From Coprothermobacterota bacterium (lineage in GTDB: Bacteria > Coprothermobacterota > Coprothermobacteria > Coprothermobacterales > Coprothermobacteraceae): a stretch of DNA of 64,000 nt. The stretch spans positions 384,001 through 448,000 of the forward strand of contig JAZIGN010000003.1 of the NCBI GenBank assembly GCA_036679065.1. The letters are read 5' to 3'. The notes under the pieces were generated by a model. That model was not told the origin of the DNA. It was given only the letters and a program-made list of their open reading frames with translations, and did not search any database. Shown in pieces: positions 59,571 to 64,000 of the stretch (positions within the stretch are counted from its first letter, which is position 1; the number at the start of each line of letters is the position of its first letter). The position numbers and the translations under genes are program-made.

Positions 59571-60986
59571 GTGATAAGGAGCGTGAAAACATTGAAGGTA
59601 CTGCTAATAGGGGCTGAGTGTGCACCATTTGTGAAAGTTGGGGGCCTAGCCGACGTGTTGGGTGCTTTGCCCAAATACATAAGTCGCCAAGGTGTGAATG
59701 CCGCTACTGTTGTACCCCTTTACCAGAGCATCGATAGAGAGCATTTCGTTTTAGAAGAAGAGACAGCCCTGAACGTGGAGACAGGTGTTGGTCCGATGCT
59801 TTTTAGAGTTTTCAAATGTGTAGACAAAGATGGCATTTTGCACTATTTTCTTGAGCAGGAAAAGTATTTCTCCAGAAGCAATATCTATGGAGAGAAAGAC
59901 GACGCAGAACGGTTTTTCGCATTTAGTATGGGCACTTTGGAACTTGCGAAACGTGAGAAATTTGATATTCTTCATGCTAATGACTGGCACACTGCCTTAG
60001 TGCCTGTGTTGGTACGACAGGATGGACTTCCTTTTAAAACCGTATTCACCATACATAACCTTGCCTACCAAGGTTTATGTAGTCGGTCGCTTTCGGGTTT
60101 TCTGAAATTGACACCTGACATGGATGCCCTGATAAGACAAGATGACAACACGATGAACCCCATGAAAGGTGGCATCTTATGTGCCGACTATGTTACCACT
60201 GTTAGTCCCACGTATGCGAAGGAAGTACTAACACCAGAATACGGCGTGGGATTAGAGAACGTGCTCGTCCAAAGAAAAGACAGGCTCATAGGTATTCTCA
60301 ACGGCATCGATGTGGAGCTTTATAACCCGGCTACCGACCCACACATTTATGTAAACTTTACTAACGAGTGGGAGAAAAAACTTGCAAATACAAAAGCTCT
60401 CAGGAAAGAACTGAATTTGGAAAATGGACCGTATCCAGTGATTGGTTTAGTTAGTAGGTTTGTGGAGCAAAAGGGAATTGATTTGGTAGCTGAAGCCTTA
60501 GACTCCATCGTGGAGCTGGGTGCGCAGCTTGTTGCTCTAGGTACGGGTGATAAGAAATACGAAGAATTACTCTTTAAAAAAGCCGGTAAGTACCCCAACA
60601 TGGTCTCAGTAAACATAACCTTCGATCCTGTGTTGGCTCAGCGAATCTATGCTGGTAGCACACATTTTCTTATGCCTTCCAGGTTTGAACCCTGCGGTCT
60701 TGGGCAGATGATAGCGCTAAGATATGGCAGTATTCCCATAGTAAGGCGTACAGGTGGGTTGGCAGACACGGTATTTGATGCTGAAAAAGAACCAAACGGC
60801 AACGGTTTTGTGTTTGACGAGCCTACTGTTGATGGTTTGCTAGGGGCTGTTAAGAGAGCAGTTGCTTATTACAAGGATGACCAAATGCACAAGAGCCTTT
60901 TCAACAGAGCCATAGCTTCTGATGTCTCTTGGGATAGTTCTGCTAAAGCGTACGTGAAACTTTATGAGAAAGCTCTTATCAGTTGA
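59571..60986 (+). CDS. glgA: Glycogen synthase (start may be TTG 59592)
   Basis: KVGGLADV, HANDWH, TIHNLAYQG, SRFVEQKG, PSRFEPCGL, RRTGGLADTV. Confidence 0.95.
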   Translation: MIRSVKTLKVLLIGAECAPFVKVGGLADVLGALPKYISRQGVNAATVVPLYQSIDREHFVLEEETALNVETGVGPMLFRVFKCVDKDGILHYFLEQEKYFSRSNIYGEKDDAERFFAFSMGTLELAKREKFDILHANDWHTALVPVLVRQDGLPFKTVFTIHNLAYQGLCSRSLSGFLKLTPDMDALIRQDDNTMNPMKGGILCADYVTTVSPTYAKEVLTPEYGVGLENVLVQRKDRLIGILNGIDVELYNPATDPHIYVNFTNEWEKKLANTKALRKELNLENGPYPVIGLVSRFVEQKGIDLVAEALDSIVELGAQLVALGTGDKKYEELLFKKAGKYPNMVSVNITFDPVLAQRIYAGSTHFLMPSRFEPCGLGQMIALRYGSIPIVRRTGGLADTVFDAEKEPNGNGFVFDEPTVDGLLGAVKRAVAYYKDDQMHKSLFNRAIASDVSWDSSAKAYVKLYEKALIS

Positions 60987-61003
60987 AACCGAGGGCGTAA
61001 TAC

Positions 61004-62029
61004 ATGCCAGAGTTCAGGAAAGATCCGCTTACCGGTAGCTGGGTCATAATAGCCCCCGAAAGAGCCCAAAGGCCCATAGATGCTAATCACAGAACTGCTC
61101 AAGTGGAAGAATTTGCCGAATGGAGCGAGGAGTGCCCCTTTTGTTCCGGGAATGAACTAATGACTCCACCAGAAGTACTGGCATACAGGAGCCCAGGTAC
61201 TGGGTCCAACCAAGGAGGATGGACACTAAGAGTGGTTAGAAATAAGTACCCTGCACTTTCACCAGATTTAGAGCTAAACACAGTAATAGGAAATGACTTA
61301 CATAGGAGTGTGGTGGGCTTTGGATATCATGAAGTGATTATTGAAACCCCATCGCACTCGCGTGATTTTTCATTCATGGCACTTGATGAAATCGAAGATG
61401 TTTTATGGGCATGGCGAGATAGACTTTTGTCGATTAGGGCTGATAAACGCATAAAGTACGCTTTAGTCTTTAAGAATTACGGACACAGAGCTGGAGCTTC
61501 TTTAGTGCATCCACACAGCCAGATTATTGCTACTCCTATGGTCCCTAAAAGAATAGAGGAAGAAGTACAAAACATGAGAAATTACTACGGTGAAAAGGGC
61601 GCATGTTTGCTTTGTGCGATGCTAAACACCGAGAAATCCGAAAAGAAAAGGATTGTGGAGCAGAATCAAAGCTTTACGGCTTACTGTCCTTACGCTTCTA
61701 TGAGTGCCTATCAAATCATGATTGTCCCGAATTGGCATAGTTCTGAGTTCATAGAACTCAACCCTGTCCAGATAAAAGATCTTTCCAAGATACTTTGGAG
61801 TGTTTTTCGACGTTTGCATTCAGCTGTAGGTGGGCTAGTGCCCTACAATTTGTGGTTGCATAACAGCCCTTGGTGGCAAGAATATGATACAAGCTTTTTT
61901 CATTGGCATATTGATCTGGTACCAAGGCTAAGTGAGTTAGCAGGATTTGAACTGGGAAGTGGCCTTTTCATTAATCACACGCTTCCCGAAGAAGCAGCGA
62001 AGACCTTGGCGTCGATTAATATAGAATAG
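61004..62029 (+). CDS. galT: GalT-family hexose-1-phosphate nucleotidyltransferase
   Basis: RKDPL...W...R..RP, CPFC, NKYPAL, HEVIIE, GASLVHPHSQ, FHWH, AGFELGSG. Confidence 0.85.
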   Translation: MPEFRKDPLTGSWVIIAPERAQRPIDANHRTAQVEEFAEWSEECPFCSGNELMTPPEVLAYRSPGTGSNQGGWTLRVVRNKYPALSPDLELNTVIGNDLHRSVVGFGYHEVIIETPSHSRDFSFMALDEIEDVLWAWRDRLLSIRADKRIKYALVFKNYGHRAGASLVHPHSQIIATPMVPKRIEEEVQNMRNYYGEKGACLLCAMLNTEKSEKKRIVEQNQSFTAYCPYASMSAYQIMIVPNWHSSEFIELNPVQIKDLSKILWSVFRRLHSAVGGLVPYNLWLHNSPWWQEYDTSFFHWHIDLVPRLSELAGFELGSGLFINHTLPEEAAKTLASINIE

Positions 62030-62169
62030 CTGCGACACAGCTAGTAAGTGGTTGTTGGAGCTAATTTTTCGACCATTTTCTCCCTTCCATGATCTGAAAG
62101 CGTTTAGGTATAATTTGACATTATTTTCATCTAACTTCTGGGGATTCTGATGAGCGAAGGAGGCCGTCT

Positions 62170-63672
62170 ATGGAAAGTGAAGCGAGGGGACAATGGGGTT
62201 CTCGCATCGGGTTTGTGTTGGCTGCAATTGGATCTGCTGTGGGTCTTGGCAACATTTGGCGTTTTCCGTATCTTACCTACAAGAACGGTGGTGGAGCTTT
62301 TTTAATCCCTTATTTGATTGCCGTTCTCACTGTGGGTATTCCTCTGATCATGCTTGAGGTTTCTCTGGGGCATAAAAGCCAAGGCTCAGCTCCTGTTGCC
62401 TTTAGCAAGGCTGACAAGAGGTTTTCGTGGCTCGGGTGGTGGCAGCCGCTGAATTCATTGGTAATCCTTGTGTACTACAGTGTGATTATTGGATGGGCAC
62501 TGAACTATATTGTGTTTTCTTTTACGCAGGCTTGGGGAAGTGACACTAATAGTTTCTTCTACAAGTCCTTCTTGGGCATAACAAGTGGACCGTTTGACAT
62601 AGGAGGCTTTCGTTGGCCCATTTTCATTGCCATGACCGTAATTTGGTTCCTGAATTGGTTTATTGTGTACAGCGGCGTGCAAAGTGGAATCGAACGAGCC
62701 AACAAGATTATGATGCCTTTGCTGTTTCTCATGATGCTAGTTTTGATGATACGTGGTGTCACGTTGCCCGGAGCTGCTGTGGGCTTGGAGCAGTATCTGC
62801 ATCCAGATTTTTCGAAGATTCTTAATGCTCAGGTGTGGATTGACGCCTTTGGTCAAGCCTTCTTTAGTTTGAGCGTGGCCATGGGTGTCTACTGTGCCTA
62901 TGGAAGCTATCTGCCGAGGAAATCAGACATTACAAACAATGCGTTTATTACAGGTTTCGCTGATACTGGTTTTGCATTCCTCTCCGGATTAGCTGTATTT
63001 TCCATACTTGGTTTCATGTCAACTCAGTCGGGTGTGCCATTCACTGAAGTTGTAACCCAGAGCATTGGCCTTGCTTTTGTAGCTTTTCCTCAAGGTATAG
63101 GTATGATGCCTGTTGTACCATGGCTATTTGGTTTACTCTTCTTTGGTTGCCTGCTTTTTGGCGGGCTCACTTCAAGTATTTCCATGGTGGAGTCTTTTTC
63201 GGCAGGTATCATAGACAAAACGGGGTACAACCGCAAAGCAGTAGTAACTTGGACGTGTTTTCTTGGTTGGTTAGTGAGTATGGTGTTTGCTACTGGTGCT
63301 GGCCTTTACATCCTTGATATCGTTGACCACTTCATTAACGCTTATGGTGTGGTACTGGCAGGTTTGGCAGAGGCAGTTGCCATTGGCTGGTTCCTTGGCC
63401 CAGAGAAACTCAGGCAGCATTTCAATGCCATTTCGGATTTCAGAATTGGTCCATGGTGGGATTTTCTGATAAAATATTGGGCGCCGCTCATTATGATTGT
63501 TATGGGGCTTGTGAATTTCGCCGCTGAAATTCAAAAACCTTATGAAGGATATCCTTTCTTGGCGCTATTCTTGTTGGGCTGGCTTGTAGTAGCTTTGGTA
63601 CTTGTAGTTGCTTTCTTATTGACCAAAATGAAACCGAAAGGATCTGTTACAACCTCTAAGGGGGGAGTATAG
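62170..63672 (+). CDS. Sodium-dependent NSS/SNF family amino-acid transporter
   Basis: RGQWGSRIGF, GSAVGLGNIWRFPY, GGGAF, QAFFSLS, GLAFVAFP. Confidence 0.93.
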   Translation: MESEARGQWGSRIGFVLAAIGSAVGLGNIWRFPYLTYKNGGGAFLIPYLIAVLTVGIPLIMLEVSLGHKSQGSAPVAFSKADKRFSWLGWWQPLNSLVILVYYSVIIGWALNYIVFSFTQAWGSDTNSFFYKSFLGITSGPFDIGGFRWPIFIAMTVIWFLNWFIVYSGVQSGIERANKIMMPLLFLMMLVLMIRGVTLPGAAVGLEQYLHPDFSKILNAQVWIDAFGQAFFSLSVAMGVYCAYGSYLPRKSDITNNAFITGFADTGFAFLSGLAVFSILGFMSTQSGVPFTEVVTQSIGLAFVAFPQGIGMMPVVPWLFGLLFFGCLLFGGLTSSISMVESFSAGIIDKTGYNRKAVVTWTCFLGWLVSMVFATGAGLYILDIVDHFINAYGVVLAGLAEAVAIGWFLGPEKLRQHFNAISDFRIGPWWDFLIKYWAPLIMIVMGLVNFAAEIQKPYEGYPFLALFLLGWLVVALVLVVAFLLTKMKPKGSVTTSKGGV

Positions 63673-63767
63673 TGAGTACAGCTTCCATAATCATGTTAGT
63701 GGTTATTTGCACAGTTATCTATGGTGGATTAGCATTTTTCTTGAGTATCGCTATGCGTAAAGGCTAG
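63672..63767 (+). CDS. MetS-type NSS transporter small subunit (31 aa, below the ORF track cut-off)
   Basis: GTG overlapping the transporter stop after GGGGGAG; MSTASIIMLVVICTVIYGGLAFFLSIAMRKG, single TM with the (W/Y)GG motif. Confidence 0.8.
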   Translation: MSTASIIMLVVICTVIYGGLAFFLSIAMRKG

Positions 63768-63814
63768 CGCTTTCATCTCCTACATCTTTGACTGCATGTT
63801 GCCTTTGAGCAACT

Positions 63815-63865
63815 TAAGCGCCCACGGTTTGGTTCTGCAAAGCTGTGGGCGCTTATTTATATTTC
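63815..63865 (+). terminator. Terminator after the NSS operon
   Basis: TAAGCGCCCACGG...CTGTGGGCGCTTA then TTTATATTT. Confidence 0.7.
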
Positions 63866-64000
63866 TTAAGGGCTCTTTGTACCCTAAAAGAGCATATAAG
63901 GTTATAAAATAACATCAAGCATGAGTTTCGTAGATGAGCATTTATCGTGCAATAAAAAGCGTATGTGCTTTATGAGGAAAGGAAAGTCAGGAATAATGGG

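Noticed and set aside
62030..62169. Possible riboswitch or T-box before the NSS transporter
   Set aside because: The leader after the TATAAT at ~62109 is too short and lacks SAM, T-box or lysine motifs

Overview
This is a 64 kb gene-dense bacterial core-metabolism window of moderate GC. Gene content suggests an anaerobic, probably thermophilic, protein/amino-acid fermenter; it resembles Coprothermobacter, but that is an unverified inference. Contents in order: (1) an operator-controlled operon of an alpha/beta hydrolase, an atypical KAS III, a FabG-like reductase and a LIV-type ABC transporter; (2) an MFS transporter and pruA; (3) a stand-alone lipoyl domain followed by two tandem ThDP-dependent E1alpha/E1beta pairs, one beta split at a G8 tract and no E2/E3 in the window; (4) the DUF969-DUF979-pcp pyroglutamate genes; (5) a Ca-type P-ATPase, an aminotransferase, HD-GYP, beta-CASP/MBL, M20 and PIG-L hydrolases; (6) two hemerythrins upstream of ptsH-ptsI; (7) an alpha-glucan phosphorylase and many housekeeping or hypothetical genes; (8) a pyrR-B-C-K-D-F-E operon with two PyrR-binding loops; (9) ptb, nitrilase-glgA-galT, and an NSS transporter with a MetS-type small subunit. 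I saw no CRISPR array, rRNA/tRNA gene, transposase or prophage gene. The best leads are a KAS III whose His/Asn catalytic residues are replaced (C-T-Y), the E2-less duplicated E1 plus free lipoyl carrier, a promoter- and terminator-bounded ~105-nt sRNA candidate with an anti-Shine-Dalgarno motif, at least eight apparently leaderless genes, and a NagA homolog with Asp->Asn at the catalytic position. All product calls come from motif recognition by eye; no database search was run.
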